NCBI GenBank assembly: GCA_023213395.1
Contig: CM041465.1
Location: forward strand, 128,843,741 to 128,907,740
DNA from: Cycas panzhihuaensis
Lineage: Eukaryota > Plantae > Cycadophyta
Length of the DNA: 64,000 bases
Direction of reading: 5' to 3'
The translations under genes and the position numbers were made by a program. Numbering within the stretch: the first letter of the stretch is position 1; each line of letters begins with the position of its first letter. The notes beneath the pieces were generated by a model. That model did no database searches and had not been told where the DNA came from. It saw nothing but the letters and a program-made list of their open reading frames with translations. This document shows, in pieces, positions 24,525 to 37,529 of the stretch.

Positions 24525-27500
24525 TGTTAAGATATAATGTTTTATCTAGGTCAGAAAAGGGGGTCATGTTGGTCCAACCCTTAAATGCTCTCATGAGATC
24601 ATGCCACTTGGCAATATCTGAGTGATTGGTTACATTAGTGGTTGTAACCAACTCATGACTCTTGTATACTTAAGCAAATTGAATCTCAATAGAAAATTAT
24701 CTCATTCCTTTCTCGCCTGCTTCTCGATCCGCGTTTGTTTTCAACATGGTATCAGAGCAGGGTGCTCAAATTGACATCTCTTGAGGAGAATTCTTCTATC
24801 AGTCAATTCTACCAAGTGCTGAAGGAAGTTTTATCAACCAACATCATTAATTTTTCATCGCATTGTAATTGCATTATGAATCGCATTTTACGGACTTGTA
24901 CGGACAGCGTTTTCAACAAAGGTTTGATCGAGACGAAATTTTGCAGGGAGATAGATCGAGGCACACCGAACACATCTCTCTTCTGGAGCGAAGCGTTTTG
25001 AGGCCGTTTTCAAGGTCAAATCAGCCCCTAACCAGTCTGCGCGTTTTTGGAGAAACCAGAGCCGAAATCTCTTCGATTTTCGAAAAATTCCGGGTATTTC
25101 TGGTCCGAAATCCTTCTCACTATAAATACGATTAATTTGCATCCAAAATCGAGGGTTTAATTTGAGATTTTCCAGTGCTTTTTCTCAAAAAACGAACCGC
25201 CTCTAGCCACTGCTTTTTTCTCGAGCCGATTTCTCTGCTCAAAAGCAGCTCAAAACCGACTTCAGATCCTCATAGGCGACTTGAATACCTACATTTTGAG
25301 GTACACTTCATTTTTGGCCGACATCTAGGGTTTAGACGAATCCGTGACTGCATTTGACCGCCCTAAATCAGACCCTTCAATTCGAAAGTCATGTCTTCCT
25401 CCATCATTACTCCGTCTCGAACCTCGAAAACCGACTAGTTCAAATTACCATGTGTGGAAAATCAAAATGGAGACTATTACGATAATGAAAGACGGGAAAT
25501 TGCCGAGGAAAGGAAACCCGCCTCCTCCGGTGATGACAAATTGAAGAGTTGGATTGAAAGAAATAATATGGGTAGTCTCACTGAAAATGTCTATTTCGAT
25601 TCAGTACTTATCTATGTTGAAAACCGAACCAGCCTATGAAACTGGAAATGTTTAGAAAATCTATATGGTCAAAAGAATAAAGCAAGAATAATCACACTCA
25701 AAGAAGAGTTGTATAAACTCCATATGAAAGAAAACGAAGCAAAGGGAAGAATTTATGCATAAAATCATCACCGTGAGAAATAATCTTCTCGAGTCTTTGG
25801 AGGAATGATATCGTAACAAGACCTTGTAGAAATAGTAATGACAAGGTCGCCCAAATCTTTGATACCATTGTTAACACTATCACCGATAGTGATAGGTTAG
25901 ATAAATTAACTCTTGATGAATTGACAGATCGCTATTAAGACAGAGCAGAGAAACAAAAGGTACGAAAATACGACAGAGCTAGAAGATGCCTTTGCATCCG
26001 TGTTAAATCTCGGACAAAGAGGAAGACAACAATTTCGTGCACCTAGCGCATTGTCGATTCTAGAGGTCGAGGACGCTGGTCAAATTCCAGAGGACGAGGA
26101 CGCAGCAGAGAAAACAGAATATGCTACAACTGTGGACGAATCGACATTTCGCAAACAATTGCGGGATCTTCGACATATGTCCGCTATCGCAGACAAAGTG
26201 GCCACTATCCTTATCAGTGTCCTCAAAGACGAAGTGAAATCTACAAAGGACAAAGCCCTATCGGCGGATACAGCAAAGAAAGAAAAGATGAAGAAGAAGA
26301 AGAGGAGGAGGAGACCGCTTTCATCACAAAGATTGGTCACGGAATGAAAGACAAAGACATTTGGTACATAGATTCGTGGAGCCTCTAAACACATGACGAG
26401 TCGGAAGGCGGTTCCAAATCATAAATCCATACAATATGGACAAGTCCGTGGAGTCGGGTGACAAGTACTCCCTTAACATCAAAGGATTGGAACCATTTCA
26501 AGAATCAATGGAAATGAAAGAAAAATTGGTAATGTTCTCTATGTACGGACCAAGATGAATCTTCTTTCGCCTCTCAATTGAGCAAAAAGGGCCGAGGACC
26601 ATTTTCGATGAAGAAGGAATTGTCACATTCGGATATGAAAAAGACGGAAAATTGTTGGAAAAGGGATCGGATGCAATGATCTCTACAAACTCTGTCAAAC
26701 TGTACTTCCTTGTTTGGAAGAAAAAGCTTGTCGCTCTTAAACGATAATAAAGTATGGCATTTAAGGTATGGACATCTTCCAATTGACACACTTAAACAAA
26801 TGGAAAAGTCAGAAATGGTAAATGGTTTACCTAATATCTCTTCAGATACATTTGTTTGTAAAGGTTGTCAACTCGGAAACAAAGATAGGTTTCCATTTAA
26901 AGAAAGCACTTGGAAATCTAAGTCTAAATTAGATCTGATACACACTGATATTTGTGGCCCTATTTCACCATTGTCAATAAACGGATGCTGATATTTCCTA
27001 ACTTTCATTGATGATTTCACTCGAAAAGTTTGGGTATATTTCTTACATAATAAATCTGAGGTCTTTGAAGCATTTAAAGAATTTAAGGCGGTTGAGCTAG
27101 AATCAGAATGAAAATCAAGTGTATCAGTCGATGGAGGAGGAGAATATATGTCTAACGAATTTCTAAATTATCAGAATACAGAGGAATTGTAGACAAATAA
27201 CAACTCCCTATACTCCTACCAAATGGAGTAGTGAAAGAAAGAATAGGACCTTGATGGAGATGGCTCAAGCATGATGTATGGAACAAAGATATCAAAGACA
27301 TATCAAGGTAAGCACAAGACAAAGATGTTACTTAATAAATGTAAGTCCAACCAGATATCTTGAAGAACATCACTCGAGAGGAAGCTTGACAGTTTGAAAC
27401 CCGATGTAAGTTCCTCAAGGTTTTTGGTAGTCAAGCATTTGTGCATATTCACGATAAAAGAGGTCCAAATTAGATGCAAAAGCATAGAATGTGTTTTGAT

Positions 27501-29659
27501 AGGATATAGTAAAAATTCAAAGGCATATAAGTGCATAGATCCTAGAACAAATAGAATCTATGTGAGTAGAGATGTCGTGTTTAATGAAGATACCTCAGAA
27601 GAGTCCTCACAAATCAAAATAATAGAAAGTGAAAAGGAATTGGGAACTACCGGATACAGAATAGTGCAGGAAGACGAGGAAGAAGATCAGTCAGGCATTA
27701 CTTCAGAAAATCAAGAAATTGGAGAGGAAAACGGGCTAGAAGAAGGACAAGTCGATTCGTCATCAACAACAGGACAGGGAGACAACATCGAAGGGTCATC
27801 ATCACCAACTGATCGGGGAGACATTCCACAGAAGCAAAAAAAGCTGCCGAAATGGTATATCAAAGCTGAAGAGGGAAATATATTAGAACAAAAGACTCGA
27901 GGGCAAAGGTCAAGAGCTCTCCTAAGCAAGGTTGAACCACAGGATTTTGATGAAGCAAAAGATCATCCAGAATGGAGAGAAGCAATGGACAATGAAATAA
28001 ACTCAATCAAGAAAAATCAAATGTGGGAATTAGTAGAACTACACGCTAATAAATCTATTAAATCGCAAATGGGTTTACAAAACAAAGAAAGGAGTTGATG
28101 GCCAAATTGAAAACACAAGGCAAGGTTAGTTGCAAAGGATATACTCAAGCTGCGGTATAGATTATGATGAGACTTTCTCTCCAAGAGCAAAGATGAACAC
28201 AAGATGACGGTGATAGCCTTAGCCGCCGCCCAAGGTTGGGGAATCTCTCGGATGGACGTAAAAGTGTCTTCCTAAGCGGTGAACTGGAAGAAGAAGTTTA
28301 TATGCAACAACGGATGGATACGCGAGCAGGAAAAGAAAATCTAGTCTGCAAATTGAAAAAGGCCTTGTATGGTCTAAAACAAGCACCACGCACGGTATGC
28401 AAAACTAGATCACTTTCTTGAAGAAAATAAGTTCATTCGGTGTAACTCAGTTCCAACAGACATAAGGAAAACAAACAACAAGATAACAATAATTGTTGTT
28501 TATGTGGATGATATGTCACATCGGGAATGATGTAGAAGGAATCAAGTGGATCAAAAGTCAACTTCAGAAGTTTGAAATGATTTAGGTTCACTAAATTATT
28601 ACCGGGATGAAATAGTTCAACATCAAAACTATGTAACTTTGTCCCAAAGTAACTACATCAAAAGTCTACTTGTTCGATTTCAGATGGAAAACTGCAATCC
28701 ATGCACCACTCCCATGGAGACAAATTGCAATCTAACAGTAGACAATATGGAAAACGATGTCGATGCTACTCAGACAGTAAATGATTGGAAGCCCGATCTA
28801 CCCGACACCACCGGACCGACATATCCTACTGAGTAGGATTAATATCAAGGTATATGCAGAATCCAAAGTTAAGACACTGGCAAGTAGCAAAAGAATTCGA
28901 GATATCTCAAAGGAACAATGATCTCAAGTTAGTTTATTCAAAGGGCCATCCAATCAAAATCACAGGATACCGCGATTCGAGATCAAGGTGCGACAAAGAA
29001 CAAAGGAAATCAACAAGTGGTTTTGTTTTTCTTGGGAGATTCAAAGAATCTCATGGTGCAAAGAAAAACAAGCCACGGTGGCTCTCTCCTCTCTGTAAGG
29101 TAATATAAAGCGCCCACATCAAGAACTTTGTGAAGCCATCCGTTAAGACAACTCTTGCTTGATTTAAATCAACAACGAGAAGAAGCAACTTCTTTAAAGT
29201 GTGACAATCAAAGTGCCATCAAGCTGACCAAAAATCCAATTCTGCATGCAAGAACAAAACATATTGAAGTTCATCATCACTTTATAAGAGAAAAAGTACA
29301 GAACAAAGAAATAGATTTGGAATACTGTCTGACATCTGAACTAGTTGCAGACCTTCTGACAAAACCTCTTGGGAGAGAAAGACTCAGATATTTGAGAGAC
29401 AAGATTGGACTTATAGAGATAAAACATTAAGAGGGGGTTTTAAGATATAATGTTTTATCTAGGTCAGAAAAGGGGGTCATGTTGGTCCAACCCTTAAATG
29501 CTCTCATGAGATCATGCCACTTGGCAATATCTGAGTGATTGGTTACATTAGTGGTTGTAACCAACTCATGACTCTTGTATACTTAAGCAAATTGAATCTC
29601 AATAGAAAATTATCTCATTCCTTTCTCAGTTCGTTTCTGATCTGCGTTTGTTTTCAACA
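24525..29659 (+). mobile_element. Full-length Ty1/Copia element F (close relative of B)
   Basis: 222-bp LTRs 24525-24746 and 29438-29659, nearly identical; PBS 24747-58; PPT 29429-37; gag-pol ~25391-29430. Confidence 0.95.
25391..29430 (+). pseudogene. Copia F gag-pol (apparently frameshifted; may be sequencing error)
   Basis: [47 protein letters not shown]. Confidence 0.85.
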
Positions 29660-29800
29660 ATAATCACCTTCGAGAATCTTTCTCCTAGTACTGTAATCGT
29701 GACCCTTGGATTTGGGTCAAATGAAGGCATTATCTTTTTCAAGCTTTTTGAAACTTCACATTGTTGTAATATCCCTAATTTAATCCATTAAATCACTTGA
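29660..29800. repeat. Right copy of 141-bp target duplication flanking F
   Basis: See 24384-24524. Confidence 0.93.
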
Positions 29801-31984
29801 TGTAGATGAATAATCAATTGTAGTTGTTTTACTAGGTTTTCCATTACTAATAACATTCGAGGGATGCCTTGCATAGGTAACCCTTTGAACAAACTCTTCC
29901 ATTTGGACCAGTTGAGGGTGGGGTTGCACTTCTTGTACAGGTGCTTTCTCCTTTTGTTTGTTTTTCCTAACATATACATACTTTGTTTCAGGCTTTCCCA
30001 TTAGCAATGCTGCTTCTTGTCGAGCAGCCTTTTCCAAAGGTCGCTTTGCTTACTCAAACTGATCAATTTCGACTATGGGGTTTGGGTAATCATCATTCAT
30101 TATTTCTTTACCCTTTTGCTTATTCTAGAATTTGACATTTTTACTTTCTTCCAGAATGATTGCCATTAGATTTGTTGCTTTTGCTTTCCCCTTGCAATCT
30201 TTAGTTTTGTGATCACTTGAATCACAATTACTACATACAAAAGGCTTATGCTCATAGTCTTGCTTGGTGGGGCAATTCGACTTCTAATGTCCATATTAAC
30301 AAATTAGGCATCTTCCCATTGGTGGTTTCTTCTTCGAGGTTTTTGGTGCGCTCCTTGTTGTATATACATTCTTGGTTGGGCTACTTCCTCTTCCCTAACC
30401 ATGACCTCTATGCCCTTTCCCTCTAGGGTTATAGAAACATTCCCAGGTGTTGTGATTGTTCACATCATATATGTGGCACCATTTATCCTTTTGTCGAATT
30501 GCACTATTTTTCAAATTTAGACCACATTCTTTTGTCGTATGTGAATCTTCTTTGCATATGTGGCACCACTTCTCAATTCTAAATTCTCTAGCTTTTTTCT
30601 TCTTGTTATCTTCTTCTTCTTTCTTTCTTTGCATTTTCAATCTTGGCACTTCTCATCTTAAGGTTTCCATTTTGGATTCCTCCTTCATTTTTTCGATCTG
30701 GAATATGGGTTGGTTGCATTGATTCAGCTTGATTTCCCTAATCTCTTCTTGTAATCTAAGCAACAAGGGATCATATCTTTTGTTTTGGGCATCCATTTTA
30801 GCTTCAAAATCCAAGGCCAATTCTTGTACATTCTTAAAGGATTTCAGGGGATATGCATGCATCATACATCTTAATTTATCATTCAACCCTAGAACAAAAT
30901 AATTCTTCATGCTGTGGTTAGTCACTGTTTTGTTGTCATATTGGCCGCAATCATCTTCATACGACTGATGTAGGTCAACATTGATTCACCTGGTTTCTAT
31001 CTAATTTCTTTTAATGTCACTTCAATAGCCTTGTTGTTGCAAAATTTTTGGAATCTCTCTTCAAATAACTTCTTTACCTTCTTCCATGATTCAATTTGAT
31101 CGAATTCTTTGTACCATGCCAATCGTACTCCTTTCAAGGTGCAAGCAAATCTTGCCTTTATTTCTTACTCATCTGTGATTTTTTTCACGTCAATAAAATT
31201 CTGAACTAAGTACACATGTTCTATTGCATTGGATGTGTCATTTAAAACCAACTTCCCAAAATCCTTGTAGTCGTCCATTTCTGGTATATCTGATATATCA
31301 CTCTTTGGTGATGGGGGGTCCTCCTCCTCTGAGGATGAATTCTCCTTCTCCCTATTACCCAGTTTGGGCGATGCACTTGGTGTGCTTGTTGTAGCACTAT
31401 CTCCTCCAAATAGAGGATTTTGAAATGGAGCTTCTAAATTAATGGGCTCAGGTACCCCTAACACTTGTACTGTCATTGGCGTAACCATCAAACATGATTG
31501 TTTGGACTCCTTATCTGGTGAGTCTTTAAATAATTGCCTTGTTATTTTATTTTTTCAGTATGTTGAAGGACCTTCATCCGCCTTTTCCTCATGATCACTT
31601 AGGTCCTTGGGGGTATCATCCACATTTATGTTTTCCTCCTTCCCTAGGGTTTCTTCTTCAATTGTAATATTACTTTGTTCTGTATTCCCTTGTAAGTTTG
31701 CCTTCTTTTCTGGGCTTATAACATCAGATCCAATTGGGGCGTGTGTTAGTACCATTTGTTCCCCATTTCTTTTCACTCCTTGTTGTTGGGGTGTCTGGGC
31801 TCCATTTGCCTCAGATTCTTCAACGGACTGCCCCTTAGTTTTGTTATTGTTCTGGCTTAATCTCTTTGCCCTCCTTAATTTAGATTCCCTTACTATTGTA
31901 ATGCCCTTTTTTGCTTAATTCTTTTCCCTTAGGTGAAGTACCCTTTTGTGGCTCTCCCACCTTCAAAGGCCTCTTAGGTGGCAT
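29801..31984 (-). pseudogene. Gypsy C gag with three CCHC zinc knuckles
   Basis: ATG of MPPKRP at 31984; capsid FACTLKGVRLAWY...WKKVKKYFEERF; knuckles CHICKEDSHTTKEC, CHIYDVNNHNTWEC, CSNCDSSDHKTKDC. Confidence 0.82.
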
Positions 31985-32439
31985 TGGAAGGTCCCCTGGC
32001 CATCGAAGGCTTAGTTACAACCTACCATCACGATGACAGTTGGGGTTCCCTATTCTTTGAACATAATCTACTTAATGAAACTGCTGGCCTAGTCCCTCCT
32101 CAGTGGACGCAGGCAATAGAACCAATGTTGACTTTATATTTTCCTACACTTGTGAAATATGCACTTGCCAAGGGTCACAGGTTGATAGTCTAGTTAGGAT
32201 GAAGTCAACATGCTTGTATTTCCAGTTATTATCATCAAAATCACTTTATACACACACGACATTCATAACTATCACAACATCATCATCATCTATCATATTA
32301 AACCATCATTCATTCTTCATATGAGCATCATATCACACGTAGTATACAAGACCCCATGTAACTCTTATTTTATTAAGCAATAATCACAGATATATCCAGT
32401 TCTGGAACATATTCCTGCATATGTTCTAGTAGCCTGAAG

Positions 32440-35400
32440 TGTAGCGATCTAGTTCTACTTTTATAGCAATTTTCCTAAAAAATACAAGTAATAATCCACA
32501 AAAATAATAACTAGATGCTGTCTTTCCTGAAGACGCGAGCTTCCCTCTTCGAGGCGAGGAACCCTACAAACTGTAGCCCCCAAATGGGTGAGCTAATTGT
32601 AGCCCTAGAACCGAAAATGCGTGACCAAAGAACCTCCGACGATGGTTTGGGATGCGGCCCAAACTTCCTATATATAGCGATCAAAATACTTCAATTAGAA
32701 GTTGGCCAAACTAGGTGATATTATCCTTAATACTGCTCAAATACAACTCGGCCAGAACTTCTCCAAAGACTGGCAGGTTAACTTTAAACGGTTATAACTT
32801 TTGATAGAGATGTCAGCATTGACTTTCGTCTGAACCATTGGAATCCTTATTCAGAGGCCTTCGATTTGAATGGTTACATGGCATAGTTTTGACTAGATTT
32901 TGGAATGGTACAATTCCCTCCCCTTCAAAACATGCTTTGCCCTCAAAGCATTGGTAAGGGCTTGTTTTCCTTCATCCATTGTTCAAACTCCTACGTTGCA
33001 TCTTTAAGCTCCAATGTCTTCCAGTTGATGAGATTCTTTCAATATCCTGGATCGCAAATTCTTGTGCCCAGTCTTCAATATTCCCTTAGGTTCCACTATC
33101 ATCATTCCTTCTTCATCCAGTGTTGGTAAATTCGTTTGTGGAGCCTCCTTCTCGCCCAACGTTTTCTTTAAACAAGACACGTGGAAGATATTGCGGGTTT
33201 TGCTTTCTGGTGGCAATTTTAACTGATCTATTGCATGTTCCAATTCCCTTTTTGGTGGCAGCCCTTGGGGTTCTTCAAAAACTCCTTGCTGTTCTTCTAA
33301 GATTGCCTAAATCTTTGGAGGAACGTTTTTTATTTCTACTTTGTAACATGACATTATGTACGTTTGTGGATTTTTCTTTAGAATCCGTTCCATTCTGTGA
33401 GATGATATGAGTTGAACTGGCGGTGTGGATGGGGATTGCAGTTGATATTTGCGTCCTTTTTGTCGGAAACACATAAATCTTGTCATATAATTGGTAACGA
33501 TGTTCCCCAGCGTTTGTAGCCATTGAATTCCCAGAACTACGTCTACTCCACCTATGGGCATGGAAAACATACAAGTTGTGACCTTGTAATCATTGATCTG
33601 GAGAGTTGTGTCTTTGCAGTATCCTCCACACAACGTTGTTCTCCCATTTGCTATTGACACCTGGAATGTGTTGAGGGGTTTCACTTGTAATCCCAATTTT
33701 TTTGCCGATGCCTTGTTTATAAAATTGTGTGTACCCACTATCTACCAAGATCGATACTGGTCTCCCCTTTATTTGTCCTTGGAATCTTAGGGTTTGTGGG
33801 GATACTTGTTGCCCTGTAATGGCCTGTAAGGATATTTAGACATTCCCTATATCCACTTCTCGAAGCTCATCTTCCTCCCTTCCTACGCTCTGGTCTTCTA
33901 CTTCTTCCTATGCTACTTTTGGTATTTTTGCATCGTCGTTATTGATCATGAAAACCTTCTTTTCTAAGCACCAGTGTTCCTTATTCCATTTCCCTCCACA
34001 CTTGAATCACGTTCCTTTCCTTATGGGCTCCTCTTTTGTTGTTCCTGAGCTTTCTATTGTATTTCGTATAGCTAATGGGGGGTTCACTTTTGTTCCCGAT
34101 CTGGCCCCATTAGGATTCTAAGTTTGATATGTTGGTGGCCCATATTTCCTTGTATATGTCGGTCTGCTATCTCGAAGTTCTGCCTCCACATTCCTTGCTA
34201 TTTGAATTGCTACTTGGAGTTGTGGTGGATCTGCTGCTTTAATTCTAAATTTGATCTGATTTTTCAGTCTGTAGTATCTTTTCTAAGACCATATATTGTA
34301 GCGTTTGGAATTGTTCTGTGTACTCTCGGATTGTTCCTTCTTGATGTAATTGTGTTAACTGAGCAAAGTAATCTATATTCCAAGAATCGTCATATTGCTT
34401 TACTAATCCTGCTCTTAGATTCTCCCAGGTCTGTTGCATTGGTAAGTTCATCTTTTTCCACCAACAGTACCATCTTAACGCCCTTCCGTTTAAGTGTAAG
34501 GATGCTATTTCCATCTTTTCCTTAGCTGTGGAGTTACAGACCTTGAAATAGTTCTCCATTTGTAAGACCCAATTAGTGATATTCTTGGAATACGGATCGA
34601 ATTTTTCCAAAGATAATCCTGCCCCTTTCCATCCATTATCCATGTTGGGAGTTCTCCTTTCGTAAGCTCGTCCATTGAATCTCTTGGTCTCATTTCCTTG
34701 ATTTTCTTGATCCATTTGATCTATGCCTGATGCAGTGTTGTTATCTATTTCTCTACCTGACACATTTTGTGTTTCTTGATCTGCTTTTGCTAGTAACTTC
34801 TGGATTAGGATTGTTAGAGCCCTTATGCTCTGGTTTAATTCTGATGCGCCTTCAATTTTTTCCTCTCAGGTTCTAGATTGGGCTTCCATCTTTTTGTGAA
34901 TGAGCTTTTTCCCTATGAATGAGCTTTTTCCCTGACCTCAATTCCGTTTCTACTTCCCTTGGGGGGAAATTTTGACCTTTCTAAACTTTTACCTCTGCCC
35001 TTTCCCCTCGAAACGAAGCTCTGATACCACTTGTAGCGATCTAGTTCTACTTTTATAGCAATTTTCCTCAAAAATACAAGTAATAATCTACAAAAATAAT
35101 AACTAGATGATGTCTTTCCTGAAGACGTGAGCTTCCCTCTTCGAGGCGAGGAACCCTCCAAACTGCAGCCCCCAAATGGGCTTGTAGTGATCTAGTTTTG
35201 TCTTTCCTGAAGACATGAGCTTCCCTCTTCGAGGCGAGGAAGCCTCCAAACTGCAGCCCCAAATGGGCGAGCTAATTGCAGCCCTAGAACCGAAAATGCG
35301 CGACCAAAGAACCTCTGACGATGATTTGGGATGCGGCCCAAACTTCCTATTTATAGCGATCAAAATACAATATTCTTCTTAAAACTGCTCAAATAGAAGT

Positions 35401-35610
35401 CGGCCAGACTGGGTAATATTCTTCTTAAAACTGCTCAAATAGAAGTCGGCTATAACTTCTCCAAAAATTGGCAAGCTAACTTTAAATGGCCATAACTTTT
35501 GATTGAGATGTCGGAATTGACTTTCATCTGAACCGTTGGAATCTTTGTTTAGAGGCCTTCAATTTAAATGGTTACATGGCATAGTTTTGACTAGATTTTG
35601 GAATGCTACA
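32440..35610 (-). mobile_element. Non-autonomous chromovirus-type Gypsy I (gag-PR-chromodomain only)
   Basis: LTRs 32440-32912 and 35032-35610; PBS 35018-29; PPT gaagggagggaat; perfect TSD TGAAG (32435-39/35611-15); gag ORF 34245-34763, PR 33307-33738. Confidence 0.95.
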
Positions 35611-37529
35611 TGAAGACACTCGGTTACATACGTCCCATGCATACCAAAATGGATTACACTACGAAATGCTTTTGTTATCACATAGAACTAATGATGCTAG
35701 AATGAATCACTTGACTCTCACTCTTGAGAGTATACAAGATGAAATGACTCGACTCTCACATTGAACTAGTGAGAAAAGTGCCAATAAATACCATGATACA
35801 TGCCTTTTGGTGAATGTTATGACTTGTAGTCATAACCATTCCCTTTACAAACTGCACCTTTTCACTTAATCACATGTTTGTCAATTATTAACCATTCCTG
35901 ACCATTCTTATGTATGGATGTATGTTTCTCCATGCTGATATCCTTGGATCTAGGAGTTCTGGATCAAATTTGGGCATGCGTGCCTCACAGTTTTTGTTGC
36001 TCATTCTTGTTTTGCGAGCATACTTGAAAGGAATGTACCTGTATTACGTACCCCGAAAGTGCCTTTTTTGGCTCTTTTCACTGGATTTTCACATGCGTAC
36101 CTTCGTATGGTCTATTGGCTATGCGTACCTGCATTCTCAATGTTAGTACAAACATGCATTCCTGATTTTTCATAATCCAAGTATCATGCATGCCAAAAAT
36201 ATTCCCAACACTTGCATTGGGTATTGATATTGCAGCTATTTAAAGAAAAAAAAGTAAGATATTGTAGCTAACAAGTGATTTTAGAACTATCAAACACACT
36301 AATAGCGCTAATCTATTAAGAGATCCAACAGCTGAAAAATGTGAAGTAAGTTGAGGGCTAGGCTATCAAGTGGTCCAACCCTGATTTATAAGTGAGATCC
36401 AACAATTGGTCAAAGATCAAGTTTTAGTACAAAGAAGTAGGGTTGATCTGCACGACATACCGTGCTTTCCTTAGAGTTCTCAGCCCTAATAACACCCTTT
36501 TCACACCTCTCCCATAAAAATCATCTTAATTGTTGTGCATTGGCCATATGGCTGGGGGTCCCTAAGAGAATGCATCAATCTTAAGACTTTGAAGCAAGGT
36601 GTAGAACATTTTCAAGCCTCCCCACTTAAAAATTTTAAAGATTTTAATGACTTTTAATGTAAAGTGGGTTGCAAATGAAATTTTGGATTTCTTTGAAATA
36701 ACTTAATGCTTCAAATGAGTTTAATGTTGCCAAGTATGATGCTGATATGTTGAAAAATGATGCTTCCACGTAGTGCTTGTGAAATTCCTTAGTGCAAAAA
36801 TAAAATATTTTAAAGAGCACTAAATTAACTTTTTCAAAAAATAAGCACACAATGATGCCTTAGTATCTTTAATAATCCTCCCACGCTCCAAAAAGTTGAT
36901 TTTTGTTGATGATAGTGTGCTTTCGATGTCCCTTTTGTTGAGCCTAGACACCATGTGGGGAGCCTAATAACAAGTACAATGATGAAATTTTAACTTGGGG
37001 CAATAAAAATTTGCTTAAAAAGTAGTGTAGAAGTTAGAAAAAACACATGTAAATTTGTTTTATGTGCTAGGGTTGCTTAACTCTTAGAAAAAGTGATTTT
37101 TCCCTTAGAAAATGGTGAAAAAGTGATTAAAAATGATTAAATGGTGAACTTTATAAATAAAAGATTATTAAGAAAGGGATATTCCTTGGAATATCCTAAA
37201 TGATATAACGAAAAGTTTAAAACATTATTGTTGAAATCATTTTTTTTTCAAATGTCGAACCTTCACTTTGATGATGCACAAAAATTTGATTTTTGATTGA
37301 AAATCATCAAATATTGATTGATAGGGCTCAATTTTCTTTTGGAGTGATGTTTATTGGTTCAGTCAAAGATTTTGCAAGTCATACTCAGTGTTTTAAGCCA
37401 TAGGATGACGAAGAGTAGCCATAATTATCATATGGGAGCTACTACTTTATGCAGGTTTGCGGTATGGAAAGGAGAGTTTCCATTTGACGTGAGACCCACT
37501 AAGGTATATTTCTACTGTAGGAGAATGAT

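Larger units (their letters stand above)
8924..36210 (-). mobile_element. Non-chromovirus Ty3/Gypsy element C, fragmented host of A, D, F and I
   Basis: RT/RNase H 8924-10300 (MPFGLTNA, FLDD, HVHVDA, YFASRK), PR-RT spacer 10300-10651 and 22994-24100, PR ~24100-24524, gag 29801-31984; frames rejoin across TSDs; putative 5' LTR ending ...ATTCCCAACA at 36210 (uncertain). Confidence 0.8.

Noticed and set aside
36211-37500. AT-rich stretch with a CCCACTT/AAGTGGG inverted repeat and GATCCAAC motifs, possible DNA transposon or promoter
   Set aside because: No TIR pair, TSD or coding homology identifiable; left unassigned (possibly interior of K1)
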